Assembly: GCA_028282585.1 (NCBI GenBank)
Contig: JANQHR010000049.1
Coordinates: 1-64,000 of the forward strand
DNA length: 64,000 bases
From: Bacteroidales bacterium
Lineage (GTDB): Bacteria > Bacteroidota > Bacteroidia > Bacteroidales > UBA12077
Direction of reading: 5' to 3'
Each line of letters starts with the position of its first letter. Position 1 is the stretch's first letter. Below are positions 20,308 through 28,724 of this stretch, in pieces. Made by a program: the position numbers and the translations under genes. The notes under the pieces are model-generated. The model was not told the origin of the DNA. It did not search any database and saw nothing but the letters and a program-made list of their open reading frames with translations.

Positions 20308-21636
20308 ATGAAAGATTTAACCAAAGGGAAAGAAGGTTCTCTAATACTTAAATTTGCTTTACCAATGTTGTTTGGAAATGTATTTCAGCAACTTTATAAT
20401 GTAGTTGATAGTATAATTGTTGGTAATTTTATTGGTAAAGAAGCGCTTGCGGCAGTTGGAGCTTCATTTCCTATCATATTTGCTTTTCTTTCTTTAATTA
20501 TAGGTATTGCATCCGGAAGTACCATTGTTATATCTCAGTATTTTGGGGCTAAAGAAATTGAAAAGGTTAAAAGAACTATTGATACTTTATTTATCTTTTT
20601 ATTTTTTGCTTCCATTATAATAAGTATTGTCGGAATAATTTTCAGCGAAGACATTTTTGTATTTTTAAAACTTCCGGAAGAAATTATTCCGCAAGCAAAA
20701 GTATATTTCAATATTTTTATTGGTGGTGTTATTGTTTCGTTTGGTTTTAATGGTACTAGTGCGATATTGCGCGGATTAGGCGATTCAAAAACTCCATTAT
20801 ATTTTTTAATTGTATCAACGTTTGCCAATATAGCATTTGATTTATTATTTGTGCTGGTTTTTAAATGGGGAATAGCAGGTGTAGCAATTGCTTCTGTTTT
20901 AGCCCAGGGAGGTGCTTTTTTAACAGCAATCATCTACTTGAATCGAAAACATGAAATCATTCAATTTTCTTTAACTAAACTCGTTTTTGATAAGATAATC
21001 TTCAAGAAAAGTTTACGAATCGGGCTGCCAACCGGAATACAACAAACTTTTGTTGCTATCGGTATGACTGCCTTAATTGGAATTGTTAACAGATTTGGCA
21101 CCGATGTAATTGCAGCATACTCTGTTGTTATGCGAATTGGGTCATTGGCAACATTACCTGCAATGAATTTTGCTCAGGCATTAGGAACATTTGTTGGTCA
21201 GAATATTGGAGCTCACAAAATGGAAAGAGTGAATACAGGACTTATTGCAACATTAAAAATGTCATCAATCGTATCTTTAGCTGTTTCTGCATTTGTACTT
21301 TTAGGTGCAACTTTCTTAATGAACTTATTTACTAACGATACAGAAGTTATTAGAATTGGCAGGGAATATCTTTTAATTGTAGGAGGATTTTATGTTGTAT
21401 TTTCTGCTATGTTTACCATTTCAGGGGTGATGCGAGGTGCAGGAGACACATTAATTCCAATGTTTTTCTCGTTAATATCGCTTTGGTTTATAAGAATTCC
21501 GGGTGCCTGGATTTTATCTGATCATTTCGGAGAAATTGGAATTTGGTGGTCGATGCCTATAGGATGGCTGGTTGGGCTTATACTTTCATTTGCTTATTAT
21601 TTAACAGGAAATTGGAAAAAGAAAGCCATCATTTAA
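20308..21636 (+). CDS. MATE family efflux transporter
   Basis: QQLYNVVDSIIVG, LRGLGDSKTPL, about 12 TM. Confidence 0.95.
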   Translation: MKDLTKGKEGSLILKFALPMLFGNVFQQLYNVVDSIIVGNFIGKEALAAVGASFPIIFAFLSLIIGIASGSTIVISQYFGAKEIEKVKRTIDTLFIFLFFASIIISIVGIIFSEDIFVFLKLPEEIIPQAKVYFNIFIGGVIVSFGFNGTSAILRGLGDSKTPLYFLIVSTFANIAFDLLFVLVFKWGIAGVAIASVLAQGGAFLTAIIYLNRKHEIIQFSLTKLVFDKIIFKKSLRIGLPTGIQQTFVAIGMTALIGIVNRFGTDVIAAYSVVMRIGSLATLPAMNFAQALGTFVGQNIGAHKMERVNTGLIATLKMSSIVSLAVSAFVLLGATFLMNLFTNDTEVIRIGREYLLIVGGFYVVFSAMFTISGVMRGAGDTLIPMFFSLISLWFIRIPGAWILSDHFGEIGIWWSMPIGWLVGLILSFAYYLTGNWKKKAII

Positions 21637-21694
21637 TTTTGAGTATTACTAATTTATTTTATAGTAATTAAGGATATAATACAGCTTTTATTAT

Positions 21695-21736
21695 AAAACA
21701 GTAAAGGGAACCAATCGAGCTGATTAGTCCCCTTTA
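21695..21736 (-). terminator. Minus-strand intrinsic terminator closing the candidate ncRNA
   Basis: AAAGGGGACUAAUC-agcuc-GAUUGGUUCCCUUU; two G-U pairs form only on the minus strand; followed by ACUGUUUU. Confidence 0.75.
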
Positions 21737-22309
21737 ACAATAGAAAACTAAAAGTTTTCCATGTACCAGATTACTGTTATTATGGTTGGCACAACAATTA
21801 AAGATTAAATCTTTAGTTATTAGCCCTGAACCTGCTAACCATTCCAACTAAGGATTGGTTTTTTGGTTGTTCGTTGGTTAAACTTTTAAGAAAAACTTCA
21901 CGAACGAAGTGCCATAATGTAAGCCTATTGATTTGCTCAGTTCTTAATTGCTTATACATTGGGGTCTCCCTTGCGGAATTCCTTTTATGCATAATGTACT
22001 TAAGTTCTTTGCTTAATCTTTGTAAACCTTCACATGTAATCCGAAGATTATTTAAAGGTTTCAGCAATATTTTCAAAGTCATGAACGATCGCTCGTCTAT
22101 TTTGTAATTATTGCTGCTTACAGCTCAATCTGTTAAAGAACGCTAGGCGCTTTTTTGAGACTGATCGAACCTCTTGGAACAAGTCTTTAAGATTCAAACT
22201 TCGGCTCTTGGGGTAAGCAATTTTAAAAATTGTACGATCAGCTAAAAATACAACTAAGTACCTTTCTCCTCTCCCTACCTTTCCGAGCAACCTTTTATCT
22301 CTCACCTGG
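21695..22309 (-). ncRNA. Candidate large (~600 nt) structured non-coding RNA
   Basis: Own -7 box, strand-specific terminator, two UUCG and one GCAA tetraloop hairpins, long-range helices; ends approximate. Confidence 0.65.
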
Positions 22310-22314
22310 TAGAA

Positions 22315-22322
22315 CAAATATA
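22315..22322 (-). promoter_or_regulatory. -7 box (TATATTTG) driving the candidate large ncRNA
   Basis: Exact TAnnTTTG; no plausible long CDS downstream. Confidence 0.7.
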
Positions 22323-22622
22323 CGAACAGGTAGAATTATACTAAAATTTTTTCGCCTGTTTTAGTTAACTTCTTATCAACCAATGTTTTCAACAATTGTT
22401 AATTACTCTATAACGTTTGTCGTGCTTAGGTTTTAAACCAGTATTAAGTTCAATATTTGAGGTTATTAACAATATAGATATTTATTCAACACGACGATAA
22501 ATTATTAATTTGTAAAATAATTTTATTTAAGTTCTTTACGAAAAAATCTATTCAGATTAATAGTTAAATGTTATTAGAAATACAAATTATTCCTTGACCC
22601 CTTAACTATATAACTTATTTAT

Positions 22623-22630
22623 TACCTTTG
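22623..22630 (+). promoter_or_regulatory. -7 box (TACCTTTG) for yicC-gmk-nadD
   Basis: TAnnTTTG about 32 nt upstream of the ATG. Confidence 0.65.
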
Positions 22631-22661
22631 CCCTATAAATTCAATTATAGGAAATAATAAT

Positions 22662-23534
22662 ATGATAAAATCTATGACCGGCTATGGAAAAGCCGAATGT
22701 GAATTAAGAGATCGAAAAATTATTGTTGAAATAAAATCTTTAAATAGTAAAAATCTGGATCTACATACTAAAATCCCCGGAATTTACCGAGAAAAGGAAC
22801 TTGATATCAGAAATCATATTTCGAAGAAGTTATTACGTGGTAAAGTAGAGTTTGTATTGTATTATGAAGTTTCAGATGAAAATAAGGCGACCACTATAAA
22901 CTCGGGTGTAATTAAAAATTATGTAAATCAATTAAAAGAAATTGCCACAGAATTAAATCTTCAATCGGAACAGTTATTACAAATGGCTATTCGATTACCC
23001 GATACCTTGAATACTGAAAAAGAAGAAATAGATGAAAATGAGTGGAAAATTGTCATTTCTACTATTGAAACTGCTCTTGACCAACTGGATAGTTTTAGAA
23101 CACAAGAGGGTAAATATCTAAAAGATGATATAGAACAAAGAATAAAAGCTATAGAAGAAAGGAAAAATGAGATCACTCCTTTTGAACTTAATAGGACCGA
23201 AAAAATAAAATCCAAACTAAAAGAAGGCTTAAACAAATCCTTTGATGAAAAAGAATACGATAAAAACAGGTTTGAACAAGAATTGATATATTATCTAGAA
23301 AAACTTGACATTACAGAAGAAAAAGTTCGATTAACAAATCATTGCAACTATTTCTTGGAAATGCTAAATGAACCTGAATCAAATGGCAAAAAGCTAGGTT
23401 TTATAAGCCAAGAAATTGGTCGTGAAATAAATACAATCGGATCAAAAGCTAACGATTCAGATATTCAAAAACTTGTTGTTTTAATGAAAGATGAATTGGA
23501 GAAAATTAAAGAGCAAATGCTTAATATTCTTTAA
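22662..23534 (+). CDS. yicC: YicC/YloC family endoribonuclease
   Basis: MIKSMTGYG, EKLDITEEKVRL, GKKLGFISQEIGREINTIGSK. Confidence 0.95.
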   Translation: MIKSMTGYGKAECELRDRKIIVEIKSLNSKNLDLHTKIPGIYREKELDIRNHISKKLLRGKVEFVLYYEVSDENKATTINSGVIKNYVNQLKEIATELNLQSEQLLQMAIRLPDTLNTEKEEIDENEWKIVISTIETALDQLDSFRTQEGKYLKDDIEQRIKAIEERKNEITPFELNRTEKIKSKLKEGLNKSFDEKEYDKNRFEQELIYYLEKLDITEEKVRLTNHCNYFLEMLNEPESNGKKLGFISQEIGREINTIGSKANDSDIQKLVVLMKDELEKIKEQMLNIL

Positions 23535-23536
23535 TT

Positions 23537-24103
23537 ATGGAAGGTAAATTATTCATATTTTCAGCCCCTTCCGGTTCTGGAAAAACTACCATAGTCCAAA
23601 ATCTTCTCAAAAAAGATTTAAACCTTGAATTTTCAATTTCTGCAACTAGTCGACCAAGAAGAAAAAACGAAGTTGATGAAAAGGATTATTATTTTCTAAC
23701 TACAGATAATTTTAAAGCTAAAATTGAGAAAGACGAATTTGTTGAATGGGAGGAAGTTTATGAGAATCGATTTTATGGAACTTTAAAAACTGAGGTAGAA
23801 CGCATTTGGTCGCAAGGAAAACATGTTATTTTTGATGTTGATGTGATTGGCGGTCTTAATATAAAAAATAAGTTTCTAAATAGAGCCTTATCAATATTTA
23901 TAATGCCACCAAGTATGGAAGAGCTGGAAAAAAGACTTATTCTTAGATCAACTGACAGTAACGAGGATATTGAAACCAGACTAGACAAAGCCAATGAGGA
24001 GTTAAGTTATGCCGACAGATTTGATGTTATTATAATTAACGACAAACTTGAAAAAGCAATTAAAAAAGCTGAAACCACAATCAAAAAATTCATAACTAGT
24101 TAA
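23537..24103 (+). CDS. gmk: Guanylate kinase
   Basis: SAPSGSGKTT, SISATSR, DYYFL, YGT. Confidence 0.97.
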   Translation: MEGKLFIFSAPSGSGKTTIVQNLLKKDLNLEFSISATSRPRRKNEVDEKDYYFLTTDNFKAKIEKDEFVEWEEVYENRFYGTLKTEVERIWSQGKHVIFDVDVIGGLNIKNKFLNRALSIFIMPPSMEELEKRLILRSTDSNEDIETRLDKANEELSYADRFDVIIINDKLEKAIKKAETTIKKFITS

Positions 24104-24105
24104 AA

Positions 24106-24678
24106 ATGAGAGTTGGATTATACTTTGGTTCATTTAATCCTATTCATATCGGTCATTTAGCCATTGCAAATTACATGGTTGAGTATAGTGACATGGATGA
24201 AGTCTGGTTAGTAATAAGTCCACAAAATCCTTTAAAGAAGAAAAGTACACTGCTAAATGAATATGATCGATTAAGGATGGTCGAATTAGCTTTACAAGAT
24301 GATTTAAGAATAAAGCCTTGTAATATTGAGTTCAGATTACCAAAACCGTCTTATACTATTGATACATTAACTTATTTGCGCGAAAGAAATCCTAAAGTTG
24401 ATTTTATTTTGATCGCTGGCACTGATAATTTTCAATCATTCCATAAATGGAAAAATTACGAAGAAATATTGAAGCAATATCAACTATATATATATCCCCG
24501 ACCCGGCTCTGATTTAGGTGAATATAGAGATCATAGCGGTATTAAGTTAATTAATGCACCTTTAATGGAAATTTCTTCGAGTTTTATTCGAGATGCAATT
24601 AAAAACAATAAGGATGTACGTTACTTTTTACCAAAAGAAGTTTATAGCTATATTGAAAAAATGAATCTTTACAAATAA
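24106..24678 (+). CDS. nadD: Nicotinate-nucleotide adenylyltransferase
   Basis: GSFNPIHIGH, SYTIDTL, ISSSFIR. Confidence 0.97.
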   Translation: MRVGLYFGSFNPIHIGHLAIANYMVEYSDMDEVWLVISPQNPLKKKSTLLNEYDRLRMVELALQDDLRIKPCNIEFRLPKPSYTIDTLTYLRERNPKVDFILIAGTDNFQSFHKWKNYEEILKQYQLYIYPRPGSDLGEYRDHSGIKLINAPLMEISSSFIRDAIKNNKDVRYFLPKEVYSYIEKMNLYK

Positions 24679-25721
24679 TGGGGTTACTTGTATTATATTT
24701 TTTAATTGCAGTAATTGTATCTTTTATTTGCTCTATAATGGAAGCATCGCTTTTAAGCGTAACTCCAACATTTTTAGCTGGAAAAATAAGCGAGGGAAAA
24801 AACTTTGCTAAATCTTTGAAAAAACTAAAAGAAAAAATTGACACTCCATTAGCAGCAATATTAACTATTAACACTTTTGCAAATACAGTTGGAGCTGTAG
24901 GTGTTGGTGTGCAAGCACAAAAGTTGTGGGGAAACGAATATTTATCTATAGTATCGGGTACATTAACTGTTTCAATACTTATATTTTCAGAAATTATTCC
25001 AAAAACTGTTGGTGCAAGTTATTGGAAAAATATTACTCCTGTTATTCCATATTTTTTAAGCGCAATGATCTATTCTCCGTTTTATCCTATAATTATTTTA
25101 GCAAGATTTATAACTAAAGCGCTTAAAAAGGATGAACATCAGGATGTCTTGAGTCGTTCTGAATTCCATGCCATGGCAGAAATTAGTGTAAAAGAAGGTA
25201 TTTTTAAAAAAGAAGAATCTAAGATTCTTATGAATCTAATGGTATTCAATAAAATTGACGTAAAAGCCATTTTAACCCCAAGGACTGTTGTTTTTACTGC
25301 AAAGCAAACAGAAACCGTTAAAGATTTTATTCAAAGTAACGATAAAATCAGGTTCTCCAGAATTCCCATTTGCAATAAAGATATAGAGAATATTACAGGT
25401 TATGTCCTAAAAGATGATATCATGCAGTATATGATTGAAAAGAAGCATGATAAAAAACTGGAAAGTTTACGAAGAGAAATAAAAGTTGTTAACGAGCAAA
25501 TGCCGATAATTAGATTATTTTATAAATTAATTGAAGACAAAGAACATATTGCAATGGTTGTGGGTGAATATGGAGAAATGGTCGGTATTGTCACTATGGA
25601 AGATATTATTGAAACCTTATTGGGAACCGAAATTATGGATGAATTCGATAATGTTGCTGATATGCAGGAGTTAGCAAAAAAAGTTTGGGAACGTAAATCT
25701 CGCAGATTAAGTCTTAAATAA
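24678..25721 (+). CDS. CNNM/CBS-domain (hemolysin/CorC-like) membrane protein
   Basis: SFICSIMEASLLS, SEIIPKT, FSRIP, GIVTMEDIIE. Confidence 0.9.
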   Translation: MGLLVLYFLIAVIVSFICSIMEASLLSVTPTFLAGKISEGKNFAKSLKKLKEKIDTPLAAILTINTFANTVGAVGVGVQAQKLWGNEYLSIVSGTLTVSILIFSEIIPKTVGASYWKNITPVIPYFLSAMIYSPFYPIIILARFITKALKKDEHQDVLSRSEFHAMAEISVKEGIFKKEESKILMNLMVFNKIDVKAILTPRTVVFTAKQTETVKDFIQSNDKIRFSRIPICNKDIENITGYVLKDDIMQYMIEKKHDKKLESLRREIKVVNEQMPIIRLFYKLIEDKEHIAMVVGEYGEMVGIVTMEDIIETLLGTEIMDEFDNVADMQELAKKVWERKSRRLSLK

Positions 25722-25751
25722 AAACTCGCAGGGCTTTTAAACCCTGCGAGT
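25717..25751 (-). terminator. Intrinsic terminator with the U-tract on the minus strand
   Basis: ACTCGCAGGG/CCCTGCGAGT 10-bp stem (25724-25751); T run only on the minus strand. Confidence 0.7.
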
Positions 25752-25859
25752 GCTTCATCTCTTGATCTTACGAATCATTCTATCTTACAATAACTTAAAA
25801 TAAATTAATCAATCATCAACCTTATCAACTTATTTTCTAGATTAAGAGATGTTCAACTA
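25717..25859 (-). ncRNA. Candidate ~140-nt sRNA convergent with the CNNM gene
   Basis: TATCTTGC -7-like box at 25865-25872, 12/13 inverted repeat joining its ends, minus-oriented terminator. Confidence 0.4.
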
Positions 25860-26044
25860 CAACAGCAAGATATTAAATATTTTTAACCCCAACCACCAAT
25901 ATTTTAAATAATCACCTCACTGTTAAAATCCAAATAACAAAAAGAAATCTTAATTGGATAGAATAATCTTACCATTACTCTCTTTTCGAGATATTTAAAC
26001 AATATAGTTATTTAAATGTTCAATCTTAAATAAACTTTAAATTT

Positions 26045-26623
26045 ATGAAACTAAATATTGCAATTATCTATGGATCTGTTAGATCTGACAGACAGGGAGT
26101 TAGATCAGTTAATTTCTTTTTGAAAAAATTATCGGAAAGAGGTGTGGATACCGAATTTATAGATCCTATTAAATTTCCTCTTCCATTACTCGATAAAATG
26201 TATAAAGAGTATAATCCCGAGAAGGCTCCTGTTAATATGAGAAAGATCTCAGAGATTTTAACTAAAGCAGATGGGTTTTTAATAATTACCGGAGAATACA
26301 ATCATAGTATTCCTTCAGCTTTGAAAAACCTGCTAGATCATTTTCAAGGGGAGTATTTTTTTAAACCAAGTGCAATTGTTTCATATTCCGCAGGTAATTA
26401 TGCAGGAGTAAGATCTGCGGTACACTTAAGAGCTATTTTAGGAGAACTGGGAACACCGAGTATATCATCCATGTTCCCAATCGCACAAATTCAAAAGGCA
26501 TTTGATAATGATGGTAATGCCCTTAATGATATTTATGAAAAAAGATCAAAAAGATTTTTAGATGAGCTTATTTGGTATACACAGGCTCTAAAAAAAGCAA
26601 GAGAAAAAGGCGTTCCTTATTAA
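26045..26623 (+). CDS. NADPH-dependent FMN reductase
   Basis: GSVR, GEYNHSIPSALKNLLD. Confidence 0.92.
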   Translation: MKLNIAIIYGSVRSDRQGVRSVNFFLKKLSERGVDTEFIDPIKFPLPLLDKMYKEYNPEKAPVNMRKISEILTKADGFLIITGEYNHSIPSALKNLLDHFQGEYFFKPSAIVSYSAGNYAGVRSAVHLRAILGELGTPSISSMFPIAQIQKAFDNDGNALNDIYEKRSKRFLDELIWYTQALKKAREKGVPY

Positions 26624-26721
26624 TTCATAATTAGGTGCTAGTATAATGTTTTTTATAAAGTCTACAAATTGTTTTCATAAAAAACATTATGTAGGTTTGC
26701 TCATCATATTATTCGCACAAC

Positions 26722-27813
26722 ATGAATTTTGATCATTTAATATCACCAACACTGATCCTTGATAAAAAGAAATGTTTAAGCAATATTAAATTCATGGCTA
26801 ACAAGGCAAAAAAGCATGGATTAATATTTAGGCCACATTTTAAAACTCATCAGTCAAGAATAATTGGAAGTTGGTTTAAACAGTTTGGAGTAAATAAAAT
26901 AACCGTATCTTCTGTACAAATGGCTAAATATTTTTCCAACGACTGGAAAGATATAACAATTGCTTTTCCCTTAAATATTCGTGAAATTGATTCGATAAAT
27001 ATGTTAGCAAAAGAAATCCAATTAAATCTTTGTATTGAAAATCTAGAGTCAATTGATTTTTTGATAAAAAAATTAAAATTTAAAGTTGGTTTTTTTATTA
27101 AAATAGATACCGGATATAACAGAACTGGCATTGCAAATGATCAGTATGAAGTTATAGATGAAATCTTAAAAAAAGAAAGACTTTCAGAAAAGGTTAACTT
27201 TTTAGGCTTTTTATCACATGCCGGGCATACATATCAAGCTAAAAATCCTGGTGAGGTTTTAGATATCCATAAAGATACTCTTGATAAATTATCGGTATTA
27301 AAAAATTATTATTTCGAAGAATATCCTGAGCTTGTAGTATCAATTGGTGATACTCCCTCTTGCAGTATTTCGGAAGAGTTTGATAATATTAATGAAATAC
27401 GTCCCGGAAATTTTGTTTTTTATGATTTAATGCAACTTAATTTGGGTTCTTGTAAGTTTGATCAAATTGGAATTGCCTTGGCCTGCCCTGTTGTTGCCAA
27501 GCATACTAACAGAAATGAAATAATTATTCATGGAGGAGCTGTACATTTCTCAAAAGAAAGTATTAAGATTAACAACAGTGTTGTTTATGGCATATTGGTA
27601 AAACTTAACAAAGGTGGTTGGAAAAATTATCCTGAAGCTTTTTATGTAACCAAACTATCTCAAGAACATGGAACTCTTAAAGTGAATGGTAAATTATTGC
27701 ATGAAATAAAAATTGGAGAAATGATTGGAGTAATTCCCGTCCACTCATGCCTAACACCTAATTTAATGCAAAAATATTTATCAACAGAAGATGAATTTAT
27801 AGACACATTATAG
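26722..27813 (+). CDS. PLP-dependent alanine-racemase-fold enzyme (D-serine dehydratase / D-threonine aldolase-like)
   Basis: RPHFKTH, IDTGYNRTG, HAGHTY, EIRPGNFVFYD, SQEHG, PVHSCL. Confidence 0.85.
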   Translation: MNFDHLISPTLILDKKKCLSNIKFMANKAKKHGLIFRPHFKTHQSRIIGSWFKQFGVNKITVSSVQMAKYFSNDWKDITIAFPLNIREIDSINMLAKEIQLNLCIENLESIDFLIKKLKFKVGFFIKIDTGYNRTGIANDQYEVIDEILKKERLSEKVNFLGFLSHAGHTYQAKNPGEVLDIHKDTLDKLSVLKNYYFEEYPELVVSIGDTPSCSISEEFDNINEIRPGNFVFYDLMQLNLGSCKFDQIGIALACPVVAKHTNRNEIIIHGGAVHFSKESIKINNSVVYGILVKLNKGGWKNYPEAFYVTKLSQEHGTLKVNGKLLHEIKIGEMIGVIPVHSCLTPNLMQKYLSTEDEFIDTL

Positions 27814-27854
27814 GGAAATCATTGTACAGTTTATCTTAAATATAAAGATATAAA

Positions 27855-28541
27855 ATGTATACTATGAAATATATTTTTTCATTAATAATAGTTATAATAT
27901 CCATTCAAAATTTACTTTCTCAGAGCTCTACAGTTCATTCAATCGATAAACTCAATGGATCGCTCAAAGTGCTATCAACAAACAAAGGTTATAAAGGTAG
28001 TCCTTTTATTTATGATCAATTTATGAATAGTAAAGTTTATCTAAAATCTGAAGATAAGGCAATTGATTATTTATTAAATTACAATGCCTACGAGGAACAA
28101 ATTGAATATAAAGTCGATGGCAAAACTTTTTACGTTACTAATCCAAAGCAAATAAAAAAGATTGAAGTAAATAATGAAACAATCGTGTATAAAAAATTCT
28201 ATAATTACGATCAGCTTAAAGAGGGGTATTTTATAGAGCTAATTGACGATTTTATAAGTTTATATAAGAAAGAAACTATATCTGCAATGCCATTAAAAAA
28301 AGTTACACGCGTTAACTCACCTGAAAACAATAAAATATTTATTAGGGAGAAACCTATATACTACATATCCATTTATGGCGACCCTTTGCTTTTAATAAAG
28401 AATAAAAAAATGTTATTAGAAGTGTTATTTAATAACCAAGATTTAAAAAACTTTCTTAAGGATGAAAAAGTTAAATTGCACTTAGAAGACGATTTAAAAA
28501 AATTAGTCACTTTCCTAAATAACTACGACAAAATTCAATAA
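27855..28541 (+). CDS. Hypothetical secreted protein
   Basis: Signal peptide; KGSPF..., LNYNAY; C-terminal EDDLKKLV common in Bacteroidota hypotheticals. Confidence 0.7.
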   Translation: MYTMKYIFSLIIVIISIQNLLSQSSTVHSIDKLNGSLKVLSTNKGYKGSPFIYDQFMNSKVYLKSEDKAIDYLLNYNAYEEQIEYKVDGKTFYVTNPKQIKKIEVNNETIVYKKFYNYDQLKEGYFIELIDDFISLYKKETISAMPLKKVTRVNSPENNKIFIREKPIYYISIYGDPLLLIKNKKMLLEVLFNNQDLKNFLKDEKVKLHLEDDLKKLVTFLNNYDKIQ

Positions 28542-28542
28542 T

Positions 28543-28574
28543 AAAATTAAGAAGCCCGGGACTTTCCCGGGCCT
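28543..28574 (-). terminator. GC-rich intrinsic terminator (may be bidirectional)
   Basis: GCCCGGGA-ctt-TCCCGGGC (28554-28572); minus strand continues CUUCUUAAUUUU. Confidence 0.75.
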
Positions 28575-28646
28575 TATAAGTCGGTGGAACTCTCATCCAC
28601 ATACTAACGTACCCGGCGTGGCGACTCTTTTTCTTCAATACGTTTA
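28543..28646 (-). ncRNA. Candidate ~100-nt sRNA
   Basis: TATATTTA -7-like box (28652-28659), nested helices GAGUCG/CGACUU and GUGGA/UCCAC, then the terminator. Confidence 0.5.
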
Positions 28647-28724
28647 TGTTGTAAATATAAGCTAACTAAAATTGTTATTACTACTATTACACTTACATTT
28701 ATGTTAAATAATTGTTTAGTGTTA

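Noticed and set aside
21695-22309. RNase P RNA, tmRNA, SRP RNA or self-splicing intron identity
   Set aside because: No GAGGAAAGUCC, no tRNA-like ends with CCA, no SRP GGAA-loop helix, no group II 5' GUGCG or domain V recognised, and no interrupted host gene
21813-22317. ORFs of 89, 77 and 69 aa inside the candidate ncRNA
   Set aside because: The 69-aa TTG start is part of the -7 box itself; the 77-aa ORF is antisense to the promoter and terminator; the 89-aa ORF has no recognisable domain or A-rich initiation region and is full of tetraloop hairpins. The 89-aa ORF is not fully excluded without RNAcode or Ribo-seq.
28578-28627. ZMP/ZTP or other riboswitch (GUGG..CCAC stem)
   Set aside because: Lacks the GACUGGCG and CGCCUGGGC elements, and no downstream gene is in a regulable orientation
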